In this document: positions 46,495 to 59,599 of the stretch, in pieces
Layout: the number at the start of each line of letters is the position of its first letter
How positions within the stretch are numbered: position 1 is the first letter of the stretch
NCBI GenBank assembly: GCA_030704615.1
Contig: CM060731.1
Location: 91,326,001 to 91,390,000, forward strand
DNA: 64,000 nucleotides
Direction: 5' to 3'
Source: Takakia lepidozioides
Lineage: Eukaryota; Plantae; Bryophyta
Made by a program: the position numbers and the translations under genes
Notes under the pieces: generated by a model
Database searches by the model: none
Seen by the model: only the letters and a program-made list of their open reading frames with translations
What the model was told of the DNA's origin: nothing

Positions 46495-49073
46495 CCTAAG
46501 TCTCTTCTCCTTCCTTATCTCTCTCCTTCCCTTGTAATAATAACCCAATTGCGTTCTCTCAGTATTTCTCTCTCCTCGTGCAGCTGATGTCAGCAGGATG
46601 GAGGGCGGCCATAGCTGAAATGGAAGTATACGTATTTCGTTTGTTCAATACGTACGTAGGTATGTAGGCTCGTAGATAGGCAGGTAGGTATATAGGTTCA
46701 TGCTTCGTCCACGAATACTTACCTCTATACATCCATCTCCTCTCCTCTTTGTAGGCCTCTGGAAGGAGCATGGAGAAGTGCAAGGTGTTCATGTGGGTCG
46801 AGCTCCATGGCACAAACCTACAGAACCTGGTTTTAGAGTGATTTATCTTTGCAAAGACCATGCGTCGTTCTCATACCAATCTGCCTCGTCAAATACTTAC
46901 GGTTACGCTTCTTCTGTCTATGTTTCTTGTCTCTGCAATTTGAAGGCGCTCTGCTTTTTACATTGTGTGATGGGTGTCCACGGCTCCGCCGATGACTCGT
47001 CTGGTCCTTAAGAAAAAAAATTCAATTTGAGTTCTCTCTTCTTCGTCAACCAGAGGAAAGACACCTCAATTAGCCCTCTACGCCTTGCCATGTGGCAACT
47101 ACCAGGAGAGGTTTGCTGCGAAGTCCTTACATGTTGGCCATAATGCTCACCCATTTAAGTCACGGCGGGAATTAGCTTCAGACTTCCTGTCACTGCTATT
47201 GCTTCTGACTAGTTTAGGGTCGTCTGAATGTTTTGGGGGTCTTCTCCCCTGCTTATATAGCGTTCTGCAAATTGATTTTCTCCTTCTCTTATTCAGGTCG
47301 TTTCAGTAGAATTTGATATCCATTGACCCAGAAACGGAGGGCGACCAGACATGAGGGCTACACAGCAAGGGAGCACTTGGGGAAGCAGACCGGAGAACTT
47401 AGAAAGGGAAGGACAGCAGGTGGTTTGAGGAAGAGTTTCAAGGCCAAAGAGCTGTGAGTTGCATGATCAAAAGCCAAAATTATGAAGGTTCTAGTTCAGA
47501 CTTAGGAAAAGTAAGCTCTTTATATGATGGTGACATGAGTTGGAAGTCCCCTCTGAACTGTAACAATGTACTTGGAAGTTGATTATTATCAATTGGTGTC
47601 TTGTGACTGGCATCAGTATGGCAATGAGAACAAGGAGCCAACGAACTTGTGAAGATGTGCAGTGCGGCATACTTATGACAGCTCGCAGCTTGATCATATA
47701 TTCAACCCCTCCCTGGAAGAAACCAAGTATTCTCAAAGGTCCTTCTGAATGTTTCCTCTTCAGCCTGAATAGTGAGCAACCAATAATAGTATCAAGAAGA
47801 GTCAAACATACTGTAAATGTCAGAAATGGGGTAGGAGAGAAGTGAGCTAGACACCAGGAGAGAAAAGTGGGTTGGGAGAGAGAGAGAAGGATTTGTCAAT
47901 GGATCTATACAGATCCCATTAACCATTGTGTCTGACCTTGAGATAGCCCTGCAGGCACAGTCTCCACACTAGTAACCCCATAAGAGCTGATTGTGGATCC
48001 ACGAGGGTATAGAGCTCAGACCAAGTTTCCATAGCATAAGAGATTGGTAAAATGAGATGTCTGTAGTTTGAATACAATTGTTGATGTGACAGAAGAGTTG
48101 AGCTATTGAAGGGCCTGACTACTTGAAAGAGAACTGAGCTGCCATTACTGAAATGAGCACTTGCCTCCATGCCCACAAGTAGGTCAGCTCTGTCTCACTT
48201 CTTACCTTTCTATTAGCCTAGGGAATCTCTCGCTGGCTTGTGATCTTCACTTTCTCATAGGTGCGAGTGCAACTTAAACAGCCAGATGGTTTTGTTGAAA
48301 TATTCTACAGAAGCAGTGCCAATATCAATTAGGATGATATCAGTGCCAGGCCTTCGAAACAGATTCTTGACCAAATTGTCATTGGCTCTTTGGAATCGTT
48401 ATGGCAATTTGTGGTCAGTTTCATATCCTGCTGGGGCAATACTCTCTGGTAGAATAAGGCTTCATATTGCAGATGGTGGGCATGACAGTCAGTGGCCAGA
48501 GTGCTGTTGTAATTGGCTGGCTATCAGAGGCTTAGAAGGGCTATTACCTTCCATTTGGAAGCTGGACACCTTTCAACGGCAGTAACTGGGCAATGTGGTT
48601 GCCCAAACCTCCCCCAAGGACTCGAAAGTCCCTAAGTACCCACACATTAACTAACCGGTTGACCTGAGACTCCCTTTTTATAGCTGGGTTGGCTTAGGGT
48701 GACATCCAGCATACACCTATGTGGCTTTGAACCCATGCCCACTTGTATGGCGGCCTTGTCCCTAACCACTGGGCAATCTGCTGGATGCTTCAGACTGTTA
48801 ATGCGTAGTGGGGACTACGCCCTTCTGCCACAACCTACATTCAGAGAGAATGCGTCTATGCTTTGGTCTCTTCAAGAGAAGAACTATCATTCCACTTTCT
48901 AGTAGGATATTGATGCTATGTTGGTGGTCAAGCTCTAAATTTTTCGGGTCACCTCCATTAGCCGCACTGCCATGAGTGGTAGACTGGGTTAGCATCTGGC
49001 CAATACTAATTCACTTTTTACATCACCACAACATTCGGAGCCAATGTTTAACAAGCCACCCCCCTCCCCCCCC

Positions 49074-49116
<43 letters not shown>

Positions 49117-49120
<4 letters not shown>

Positions 49121-49179
49121 CGCTCAAACTGGGCGCGGGGTCAATGGCCACAAGGCTACGGCAAACAACGTCTTATGAG

Positions 49180-49184
<5 letters not shown>
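49117..49184 (+). mobile_element. 68-bp 3' terminal stub of the LINE between (CT)n tracts
   Basis: Nearly identical to 52387-52454. Confidence 0.85.
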
Positions 49185-49218
<34 letters not shown>

Positions 49219-49221
<3 letters not shown>

Positions 49222-52200
49222 AAGGGTTTGAGGTACGAGCATAGTATCTAACTAAAACTGAATCTGAAGGGCGGCATGAGTAGAAAGGACCTCTTTGTGG
49301 GTTGTGTTTACATGCCCACAGAGGGGACCCTTAGTGCTGACGCAGACAAAGTTCGAAGATGTAAAGCTGGACTGTGCTTCGTTCCTTGCCAAAGGTCAGG
49401 TGGTACTATTGGGGGACTTCAATGCCCGGGTGGGCAAAGGGATCCATCAGGACGATATCATTGGACCTTTTGGTGAGGACGAGCTGAATTCTAATGGCAG
49501 ACGGTTAATTAACTGTCTAGAAGAGCTTCAGCTTTTGACCTTGAATAACAGGACAAGAGGTGACCAAGTGCAGTGGACTCGTGAGAAATCCCAAACTGGG
49601 GAACGTTCCATTGTGGACTATATCATAATGGACAAAATTTTGTTCCCCCAGTGTGCCAATGTGTTGATCGACAGAACTGATATTGGTACCTCTGACCACT
49701 TCCTGGTTTGGACTGAGATCAAAAGGTGTTTTCCCACCTCCAAGAGATCTGTGAAACGTTCGATTCGGAAGTGGCGCATAGAAAAATTCCACAATGAGGA
49801 GGTCAAGGCTGAGTACGTCCAGGCCTTGCAAGAGGCTCTCCCTCATTTTGTCCAATCGCTCCAAGAACTTCAGTCACGCTCTGTTAACACAAGAAATGAA
49901 GTCGAAAGAGCAGTGGACTCTTGGGAGAGTTTCGTTTCCTCCGTGGCTGACAAGATCATTGGGAGGAAACTAATTGTCTGCGGTAGAGCAGTTAATTGGT
50001 GGACCAATGAGATTAAACTCAAGATAGCTGAGAGACGAGCCCTCTATAAAGAGTGCTGCAATTTGGAAACCAACAGAGAATTGTGGGCGAGGTACTACCA
50101 GCTCCGTAAAGATATCAATCAGCTTGTTAGGTCTCAGAAGAAATTATACTGGGACAAGTTATACAGTGAAATAAACTCAAACCACCATGGTGGCAATGAC
50201 AAGAAATTCTGGTTGGCCCTTCAACGTTTGTACAAGCCGAAAAACAGTCAGCAAGTACAAGCGCTGAAGACTACTAAAGGTGCAGTGGTGACTTCATCGG
50301 TTGACATTGTCAAAACCTTTGAAACTCACTACAGTATCCTTGGCAGAACTTCTAGGTCTAACAGTGAGGGGTCTTCTGCTGAATGGAGGGACACAGTTGG
50401 AAAAACTGTTCCTATGATTCAAAACAGCCCTGATGAACTGGAGTATATTTGAATGGCTTATAATGCTCCCATTAGTTCTTCTGAGATTGTGGAAGCAATT
50501 GAACATTTAAATGGATATAAAGCTGATGGACCTGATGGTATTGTCAAGGAGCTTATCAAGCACGGTGGCAATCCCATGATAGAGGCCCTAGTTCTCCTCT
50601 TTAACCTTATCTGGAAGACTGAAATGATCCCCTTTCGCTGGCAACAGGGGGTCATTGTCAATCTATACAAGAAGGGTGACAGAGAAGAACCGGGGAACTA
50701 CCGTGGCATCACGCTCCTCAATGCTGTTGGCAAGACATTCTGCAGAGTTATAAGTACTCGTCTCGAGGTTGATCTGGAGTCTAGAGGTTGTTTCCACGAA
50801 GGCCAAGCTGGCTTTCGGCGAAACAGGGGCTGTGTGGATCATATCTTCACTCTAAGCCAGATTATCCAGGGAAGGAAAAAATAAGGGAAACACACTTATG
50901 TTTTTTTCCTGGATGTCAGAAAGGCTTATGACACAGTGTGGAGAGATGGCCTATGGTTCCGCCTCTGGTCTTGTGGGATCAAGGGAAAGATGTGGAGAGT
51001 TGTCCACAACTTGTATGCTCACACCAAAAGCTGTGTCACTGTTAACGGACAGAAGTCCAACTTCTTTGACATAGACCAAGGTGTAGCTCAAGGATGTACT
51101 CTCTCCCCTCTGCTCTTCAATGTTTTCATCAATCAACTCGTCGAGGATGTGGAAAGTGAGGGATTTGGGTTAAGGGTGGGTGATACCACCATACCAGCCC
51201 TTATGTTTGCGGATGACTTCGCAGGCATAGGGGAGACTCCAACCAATCTCCAGGAGTTGATTGATTGCGCGAAGAGATACTTTGATCTTTGGGGGCTAGA
51301 GGCTAATGTCAGCAAATGTGCAGTGGTAGCATTCAGCGACAGAGGAGAGGGAGGAAGTGATCTTAAGTGGCAGTGGGGTAGCCAAGAGATCCCGGTCCTC
51401 CCTTCCTACACTTACCTGGGCGTTGAGTTTTCCTCCAATTGTAATTGGGATGCACATATCCGGAAAGTTGTTCAAACTGGCAAGGGCAAAGCTCTGGGGC
51501 TCACTAATTTTTCCACTGCAGAGGGGTCAAGGCTAAGTCTCTAGAATCCATTCAAGTGGGGGTGCTTAAGGAGTGTATGTCAGCATGCTCCAAAACAGCC
51601 AATGTGGCTGTTCGGGGTGAGTTTGGCATTCCATCCTTAAGCTCCCGACGAGATGAATTCAAGGTCAGATGGTGGGGTCAGCTGCAACATATGCCCAACA
51701 CCAGATATTCTAAGTTAATCGACTCTATATCTTGGAAACAGGACCGCCCTGTCAAACAGGCTAAGTCCTGGCAGAAGAGAGTAGAAGAGATTCTCAAGGA
51801 CCTGGACCTGGATCCGCAAGTCTTGACCCTGCTGGATAAATCTGACTTAGAGGCTGTAGTGTCCAAAGCCATGTCTGTTGCCATGAGATTGTCTGATGAA
51901 AATGAAGTTAGGCAGAAAACTTCCCTGAACTTGTTTCCAGTCAGTGACATGGGGGAGGACATCTTGGATGACCTCAAGGGTCTACCCACTCTCTGCACTA
52001 GACTGAAATTTAAACTCAGGGCAGGAAGCCTACCTTTGAACAGCAAACAGAAGCAGAGAGGAAAGGGAGAGTGCAATTGCCCGTTGTGTGGGCAATCTGA
52101 AGACAGTATTCATTTTCTGATACACTGTCCGGGGTTCTCTCACCAAAGAGACGCTCTCTTCAACTCTATCAAGGGAATTGTGCCTGCAACTTTGAAAGTC

Positions 52201-52454
52201 TCGAGGCTGAGCCAAAAGCCCAGGCCCTCCTGAGGCCTAGTTTTTGGGCAAATCACACACAGCAGATTGATGCTTGTGTGAAGGGATTTCTAGAGGATAT
52301 CTGGAAAACCCGGATTAATTCTTTATATGAAGGTAAGTCTTACTACCAACGTCAGCCCCTGACAGAGGTAGGTTCTGTTCCTTTTGTTCCCGCTCAAACT
52401 GGGCGCGGGGTCAATGGCCACAAGGCTATGGCAAACAACGTCTTATGAGTACAA
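49219..52454 (+). mobile_element. 5'-truncated non-LTR retrotransposon (APE-RT-CCHC), with stops and a deletion
   Basis: LGDFNARVG, SDHFLV, GPDGI, YRGITLLN, QAGFR, QGCTLSPLLFN, FADD, YLGV, CPLC..HFLIHC. Confidence 0.95.
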
Positions 52455-52499
52455 TATATATATATATATGTATGTATGTATGTACTCAATTACCTGAAT

Positions 52500-53161
52500 A
52501 TTAGGTAGGAAGAACGGACCCTGCTAGATAAAGCTGACTTGGAGGCTGAAGTGTCTAATGCCATGTCAGAAGCATGGAGAATGTTCAAACAAAACAAAGT
52601 TAGGCATAAAACTTCCCTTTCCAGTTTGTGACATGGGTGAGGACCTGAAGGATGATCTGAAGGGCCTACCTACCCTTGGCACTAGACTGAAAGTTAAACT
52701 CGGGGTGGGGAGTCTACCTTTGAACAATAAACAGATGCAGAGAGGAAAGGAAGATTGTCAATGCCTGATGTGTGGGCGGCCTGAAGACAATATCCATTTT
52801 CCAGTACAATTCTGCACTCCATGTCCAGGGTACTCTCATCAGAGAGCGACCCTCTTCAGGGCCATCAGGAACATAGTCCCTGCACCTCTGTCCGCCAACT
52901 CTCAAAATCTCAAGGCTGAGCCTAAAGCCCTGGCCCTGTTGGGGTCTAATTGATGGGCAGCTCACACACAGCAAATTGATATTTGTGTCGGCTTTCTAGA
53001 GGAAATCTGGAAAGCCCGAACTCATTGTTTATATCAAGGTAACTCCCTCTATTGGAGTGAGCCCCTCAGAAAGGGATAGTGTCTGTTCCCTCTTGTTTCG
53101 CCCAAACTGGGTGTGGGGTCTATGGCCACAAGGCCATGGAAAACAACATCTTATTAGTACA
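52500..53161 (+). mobile_element. Older 3' fragment of the same LINE family
   Basis: DDLKGLPTLGTRLKVKL matches the preceding copy; same 3' end followed by (CT)n. Confidence 0.85.
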
Positions 53162-53703
53162 TTCTCTCTCTCTCCTCTCCTTTTTTTTTTGGTCTTGCGA
53201 ATGCATTCTCTCTCTTCCTTTTTTCCTTTTGGGTTTAAGTATGGTGTTTTTTACGATATGAAAGCTAAAACTTTGTCATGGCGAGTCTTTCAGTCGTGAT
53301 ATAGAAACTCAATACGTCTGCACCCTCTGCCCGGATTTGGTTAAGAGGTGGGGAGTTATCACAGCTGGTCAATGTTATAGAATATGTGGTTCATTTTGTC
53401 TCGCCTCTCTATGTTAGGAGACACCATTCTTTCTGGTTTCCTTCCTCTTTTCATTGTTTCTTCTTCCATTTGATGTTGTGACTTGGTAACTTTGGTTTTC
53501 ATCTTTGAAAGTTCTTCTTTACCTTGGTTGTGGCTATTGCATTCTATCTTTGGTTACATCTCAAATATGAGGTCAGACCTTGTACAAGGCTCTCACTTTG
53601 ATATATAAGTAATCTCAATGAAGGTTGCTGGAGTAGTGTTGTAATCCCCATTTCAGGTAGCAAAAAACCCTCTGTTTCTTATTAATTGTTGGAATCATGC
53701 AGG

Positions 53704-55821
53704 ATGGCAGGGTTCACTCAGGCACAATTGTTTGACTCAGGCACCTCCACCTGGACCGCTGCTTGTGAAAGAGGAGCACCAGAAGAAGTCAGCAAGAACT
53801 CTTCTGGTACTTTTGTGGATGTGAGGACAGTAAGTAAGGACGGACAACTGAAAGAGGCACTCCGCATTTCGGCAGATTCCAATGCTTATGTCTCTCTCTT
53901 GCAGAAGTGCATCAAAAGTAAAGATCTAGAAAGGGGAAAGCAGGTGCACTCTCACATTATCGTACATGGATTCAAGCCGACAATCTTTCTCCTGCACAAC
54001 CTTCTGAACATGTATGCCAAGTGCGGAAGTCTGGTGGAGGCCCGCCAAGTGTTTGATGAAATGCCTGAAAGAACTTTGTTTACATGGACTATAATGATGA
54101 CAGCATATGCCAAGCATGGGTATTGTCAGGAGGCCTTGAAGATCTATGAACAAATGCAGCAGGAAGGGGTCACGCCTGACAGGGTCACATTCACTTGCAT
54201 TCTCAATGCCTGTGCCAGCCTAGGGGCACTAGAAAAGGGGAAAGAGGTCCATGCTGACATCAGCAAAAATGGAATTGCACTGGACATGATACTAGAGAAT
54301 ACACTTGTTGACATGTATGCCAAATGCCGGAGCATGAAGGATGCTCGTGAAGTGTTCGACAAAATGGCTAAACGAGATGTGATCTCATGGAGTGCAATGA
54401 TTGCAGGATATGCTCAGCATGGGAATGGTAGCGAGGCTTTCAAGATATATGAGCAAATGACACGGGAAGGGGTGATGCCCACCAGGGTCACGTTCATTTC
54501 TATTCTCAAGGCATGTGCTGGCCTAGGAGCCCTGGAAAAGGGTACAGAGGTCCATGCTAACATCATCAAAGCGGGAATTGCTCCAGATATCATCCTGCAA
54601 ACTGCCCTTCTTGACATGTATGCCAAATCTGGAAGCATCAAAGATGCACGTCGACTGTTCGACAAAATGCCTAGACGAAATGTGGTATCATGGAGTGCCA
54701 TGATCGCAGGATACACTGAGCACGGGGATGGTAGGGAGGCTCTCAAACTGTATGGGCAAATGCTCCGAGAAGGGGTGACGCCCAACAAAGTCACATTCAT
54801 TAGTGTTCTTAATGCTTGTGCAAGCCTGGCAGACCTGGGAAAGGGCAAAGAGGTTCATGAGGACGTCATCACCGCCGGGATTGCATCATATGTAAATTTG
54901 GACAATACCCTTGTTGACATGTATGCCAAATGTGGGAGCATAAATGATGCGCGTCAAGTGTTTGACAAGATGACCAAACGAAATATGGTCTCATATAATG
55001 CCATGATCACAGGATATGCTCAGCATGGGTTTGGTGGAGAGGCTTTGGAGATCTATGAGCAAATGATACAGGGAGGGTTGACACCTGACAAGGTGACGTT
55101 TATTTGTGTGTTAAATGCATGTGCCAGCCTGGCAGCCTTGGAGAAGGGGAAAGAGGTCCATGCTGACGTCATTACAGCTGGAATTTCCCCGTATGTTAAT
55201 CTGGAGAATGCCCTCCTTAACATGTATGCCAAGTGCGGGAGAATGAATGATGCTCAGCAAGTGTTTGACAATATGGTTGAACGAGATGTGGTCTCATGGA
55301 GTGTGATGATTGCTGGATATGGTCAGCATGGTTGCGGTAGGGAGGCTCTCCGACTATTTGACCAAATGCAATTGGAAGGGTTGAAGCCGGATGGTATCAC
55401 ATTTCTATCGCTTCTCTCTGCATGTAGCCATGGGGGCCTAGTGGATGAAGGTCGTCATTGCTTTGACTCCATGTGTCGACATCATGGCGTCACTCCTACA
55501 ATGGAGCATTTTAGCTGCATGGTGGACCTTCTTGGCCGTGCAGGACGATTGGATGAGGCAGAGGATTTTGTCAAAAAAATGTCAATTGAACCAGGAGCTT
55601 CGGTGTGGGGGGCCTTGCTTGGTGCCTGCAGAATTCATGGTAACGTAGAGCTAGCAGAACGTGCAGCAAAATGTGTTCTCAAGTTGGATCCACAGAATAT
55701 TGCAAGCTATGTGTTGCTATCAAATATCTACGCTGCGGCTGGCAGGTGGGAAGATCAAGCCAATGTGGAAAAGATGATCGAGGAGAGGTGTCGAAAGGTA
55801 GCAGGGGTGCAGTTCCATTGA
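53704..55821 (+). CDS. PLS-class pentatricopeptide repeat protein with E domain (organellar RNA-editing factor type)
   Basis: ~101-aa P-L-S triplets (DMYAKC, WSAMIAGY, VTFISVLNAC), MVDLLGRAG, WGALLGACRIHG, YVLLSNIYAAAG. Upstream exons possible. Confidence 0.95.
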   Translation: MAGFTQAQLFDSGTSTWTAACERGAPEEVSKNSSGTFVDVRTVSKDGQLKEALRISADSNAYVSLLQKCIKSKDLERGKQVHSHIIVHGFKPTIFLLHNLLNMYAKCGSLVEARQVFDEMPERTLFTWTIMMTAYAKHGYCQEALKIYEQMQQEGVTPDRVTFTCILNACASLGALEKGKEVHADISKNGIALDMILENTLVDMYAKCRSMKDAREVFDKMAKRDVISWSAMIAGYAQHGNGSEAFKIYEQMTREGVMPTRVTFISILKACAGLGALEKGTEVHANIIKAGIAPDIILQTALLDMYAKSGSIKDARRLFDKMPRRNVVSWSAMIAGYTEHGDGREALKLYGQMLREGVTPNKVTFISVLNACASLADLGKGKEVHEDVITAGIASYVNLDNTLVDMYAKCGSINDARQVFDKMTKRNMVSYNAMITGYAQHGFGGEALEIYEQMIQGGLTPDKVTFICVLNACASLAALEKGKEVHADVITAGISPYVNLENALLNMYAKCGRMNDAQQVFDNMVERDVVSWSVMIAGYGQHGCGREALRLFDQMQLEGLKPDGITFLSLLSACSHGGLVDEGRHCFDSMCRHHGVTPTMEHFSCMVDLLGRAGRLDEAEDFVKKMSIEPGASVWGALLGACRIHGNVELAERAAKCVLKLDPQNIASYVLLSNIYAAAGRWEDQANVEKMIEERCRKVAGVQFH

Positions 55822-55980
55822 GGTGGACAACCAGGTGGGTACGTTCGTCATAGAAGACAGATGGCATCCCCAAATTGAGGAAATCCATGCTGAACTTGAG
55901 AGATGGTCTGGTTGAATAAAGGAGGCTGGGTACGTGCCTGACACACAGTGTCTTCCATGATATGGAGGAAGAGCAAAACT
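55780..55980 (+). pseudogene. Out-of-frame E+/DYW N-terminal remnant
   Basis: GCSSIEVDNQV..F...D..HPQIEEIHAELE..*IKEAGYVPDT..HDMEEEQ in shifted frames, after which homology stops. Confidence 0.85.
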
Positions 55981-58900
55981 GTGTGATCAAGACCCTCCGG
56001 GGGTTTGGTGACTGCCCAAATTCACCTCGAACATTGTTGGGCAAGCGGTTATCATAAGGTATGCCACCCGTTGTCATCACTTTCAGAATGGGGTTTGTTC
56101 TTGTGGAGATTACCAGTGAAACAAGCAATACAGATGAAACAAACAGATCTGAAAATGCCCTGCTGGAAAAGTTGATAGCAGTAAATTGAAATGCCATAAG
56201 CCCAGCAGTGGTTTTTCACCATTGTCTTTGTTTGGATTATTTCACAAAACATCCCAATGTGATTTTGCATATGTGACAAGCGTTGTTCTTTAGATTAGAC
56301 CGACTGGGTGTGGTTAGCCTACCTTGATGTTTGGATCAGCTCTGTTGTGCCCTCTCATTCCGGGGGCCCTTAGGATGTTTAGAGCGAAGTGCAGAGCAAA
56401 GACAAATCTCTGTTTTTTCTTCTGCCACTTTATTCTCACAGGCACCCCCGGCTTTTTTGCAATACAAGGCTTTCTTGTCGCTGAAAAGAAAATGTTGGTG
56501 TTGGTTTCACCCCATAAACGATTGTTTTTCGGAATAGGCAGCCTGGTTTCCTTCGAACAGCAGTTGAACAAGTGAAACAGTAGCTGTTTAACTCTACATG
56601 CTGGACGGCCATTTCTACTTGGCTCATGCTGGTTAGCTCCAATGGAGGTGCTGTTGCCTGGAGTTCTGTCAAGTCAGGCTTCTGTTGGCACTGGTCAAAT
56701 GCTCATTGGTGATTTTACCAAGATGAAAGAGCAATCCATATGTAGATTACTCAGCTTTGGAATTGTGAATGTTTGGCTGCCCAAAGTGCCTAGAAACATC
56801 CTGGAAGAAAGAGAAACACGAGGGCAGCAGGGGCTGGAAACCCGGGCCTGTAGGGGGCTGAGGCCTATCACCCTGGGTTTCACATGGTGAGACATGAAGG
56901 AGCAAATACAGGGCAGGGCAGAAAATTTGGTCCATTTGCATTTTTTGTGATATTTCTGTGGTTTTTATTGGTTGCCTGAAATTGCTGGCGTCCCTGCAGA
57001 CCAAAAACTTTGAAATTTGGTCAGCAATGTAGTGCACTGGTAGTCCACCAGGTGAAAAAGGTGCAGGGGAAAAAAATTTCGGTATGCATTCCAAATGTTT
57101 TTATGGAGTTTAGGCATTGTTGAATTTATTTTCAAATGTTGTTATCATGCCAAATGATAGGGGATATGTTTCATTTCCTTTTGTATGGGCAGGTAGAAAG
57201 GTAACTATAGGATCAGAGAGCCCAAATTATTGGAAAACAGTTCAGAAGTTCGTAGGAGAAAAGCAAAGAAGTTGAACAACGTTGGGCAGCATGCATATGG
57301 AATCCTTTGAACTTCATCTAAACTTCTTGATTCTAGTGACATCTGAAAGCTTAGGGAAGGAATAGGGTGTTATCATCGTTTTGTTTCGCGGTCTTTTGTT
57401 TCTTTGGAGAAAGGGGACAGAACCTAAGAAATGGATTAAGAAGGGTGGGAAAAAAAAACTACCACAGAGGCCGTGAAGGCTTACAGCAGGAAGACTGCCC
57501 TGAAACCAAGATTCAAGAGAACCAAGAAGAGCTGAAGCAAACTTGCAGCAATGCACAGTTCGCCCTTGTCGTTGTTTTTTCTCGAACCTCCTAAATTTTC
57601 AACAATGTGAAGGGGGGAAAAAAAAAGCTTGTAATTACCTGAATGCTTTTTTGCCTCTTTACATTGCTAAATATATCATATACATGGAGAGACAAGACTC
57701 TGGCCGGTGCCTAACTCAGAGCCACTTCACCTTGTGGCTACCACTCTCTATGGGGGGTGGCCTCTCATTAACCTTGAATATGATTTGAATGTTCTTGATG
57801 ACAGAACCATATTCTTTTCTATGGGTCTTAGTTATAGAGTTACATTGAGGTTGAGACTTGAGACTTGAGACAATGAGACTTGAGACAATGTAATGTGGAT
57901 ACTCTTTGGTGCAGCATCAACCTTGGAAATTGTTTCTATAGGTTTCTTGGTGATTTCCCTAGGTGGGTCTGAAAATCTAGACTTACGCAACAAATATAGC
58001 ATTTGGATTAAATCTAATACATTCACACATTATCTAATCCTGCTAAGTAGAAGTTGTGTGTGGTATCATGTATCATCTTTCCTTGGGCAATATCCCAGGA
58101 GCTTTGTGCTTATGTCTGATGGCAAGGTTATTTTCAAAGAGGCTATTTTCTCCTTTCACTGATTAAAAGGCCTTGGAAAAAAAAGAAAAAAAAAAAGGAA
58201 AAGGGCCTGATTTCTTAATATCGCTGCCAATGAAGTATTGCCATTTTCTATATTTTAGAAACCCTGGTGGGTCGGGTTTTGGAAGATTTTGTCATTGAGA
58301 AGATCTGTTGGGTCTAGCTCTGGCACCTAGTTAGGGCAGCCAACCGAGTTCAGTTTTCAACCTACAGCAATTTGCAAATGTTGCGCAAATATTGCTGACT
58401 TTGTTCTTTATAAAAGTCCAAACACATGGATTTCAACCTAAAGCTCTACCAAAAAAGAACTTAGCCACCATGAGCCCACAAGATTAATGGATCACTCCAT
58501 TTTTTATTTATTTATAACCTGGAAAATCTTTACAAGGATACAAGACAACAATTAATGCGCATTTGAATTTCAAACCTCTTTGCGACTAACGTTGGGCCTA
58601 ACATTTCGGTTTTTTGATTAACTATATTCTTAGAATTGAAATGGGTCATTTAACTATTGATGAGTCATTTCAAATCCATTTTAAGAATTGACATGACCCG
58701 TTCAACTCTATGGACAATGCTTTGTTATTGAAGTTGACATAGGAGCCCATTTGATTATGAGGATATTGTTCAATTGCTTGTATTTAGCTTTGCACAATGA
58801 ATTTTATGTGTGGTTTACTTACATTTCTTAAACATCTCATTGTACTGATGCGGTTTTTTAGGGTACTTTTAGGGTACAAGTCAAGGTGGACATAGGGTAC

Positions 58901-58984
58901 TTCCACAAAAATGCAAGGAGTACTCAGATATATTGAGTTTAGGAGGATTTCGTTGGTGAAAAAAAACCCAAAAATCAAAAAGAT

Positions 58985-59024
58985 AGTTTCTCTAGAGAAA
59001 CTCGTTGTGCTCACGTGAGCACAA
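58985..59024. repeat. Two adjacent perfect palindromes (18 and 20 bp)
   Basis: AGTTTCTCTAGAGAAACT (58985-59002) and TTGTGCTCACGTGAGCACAA (59005-59024). Confidence 0.9.
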
Positions 59025-59599
59025 ATTTGAACTGTTTTTTTTTTTTTTTTGGGTTGACAAGGGATAGAGGCCCTGATTAAACTTTATTGATAATATTCGA
59101 AGGCCATGGGCCTGAACAATTTATTTGGGATTATTCAGGGAAAAAAAATTAAAACCCCTTTGACACCATGAGGCACACACACCGTAGTCAGTGCAGAAAG
59201 GAACTTGACCTATCAAACGCACTCTTCCTCCCTAAAGATAGGGATCTGAAAGCAGAACCAAGAAACACGAGGAGTGTTTGAGTTCTAATATTATGTGTTG
59301 TACCTAGGGATTAGTGCCCGAATGATTAATAAGAGATCATAGCAGATCCTAATTAAGATCAGCGATAATTAAGCGGCGAGGCTTTTGTAGATGTTTTGAG
59401 ATGCTTCCAGTTCGCTTCTCGATCAAACTTTGGGGAAGTCGTGGATTGTTGTCCGGTTGTTTTGCCAGTGTGGGGGGGAGGGGGAGGGGGAGCTCGGGCC
59501 AGATACAGTGCTCCTGCGAAGAGGTGAGGCAGATGAGCCCTTGGCGAGCCCAGGTGCTTCTGAAGACGTCGTAATGGGCCGCTGCACTTTGAGAGTTTC

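Noticed and set aside
57850-57890. GAGACTT/GAGACAAT short tandem repeat
   Set aside because: Ordinary low-copy minisatellite with no supporting context.
59005-59024. Bona fide bacterial parS site or bacterial contamination
   Set aside because: Arms differ from the 16-bp parS consensus, CACGTG is also a common plant G-box, and the flanks are eukaryotic.
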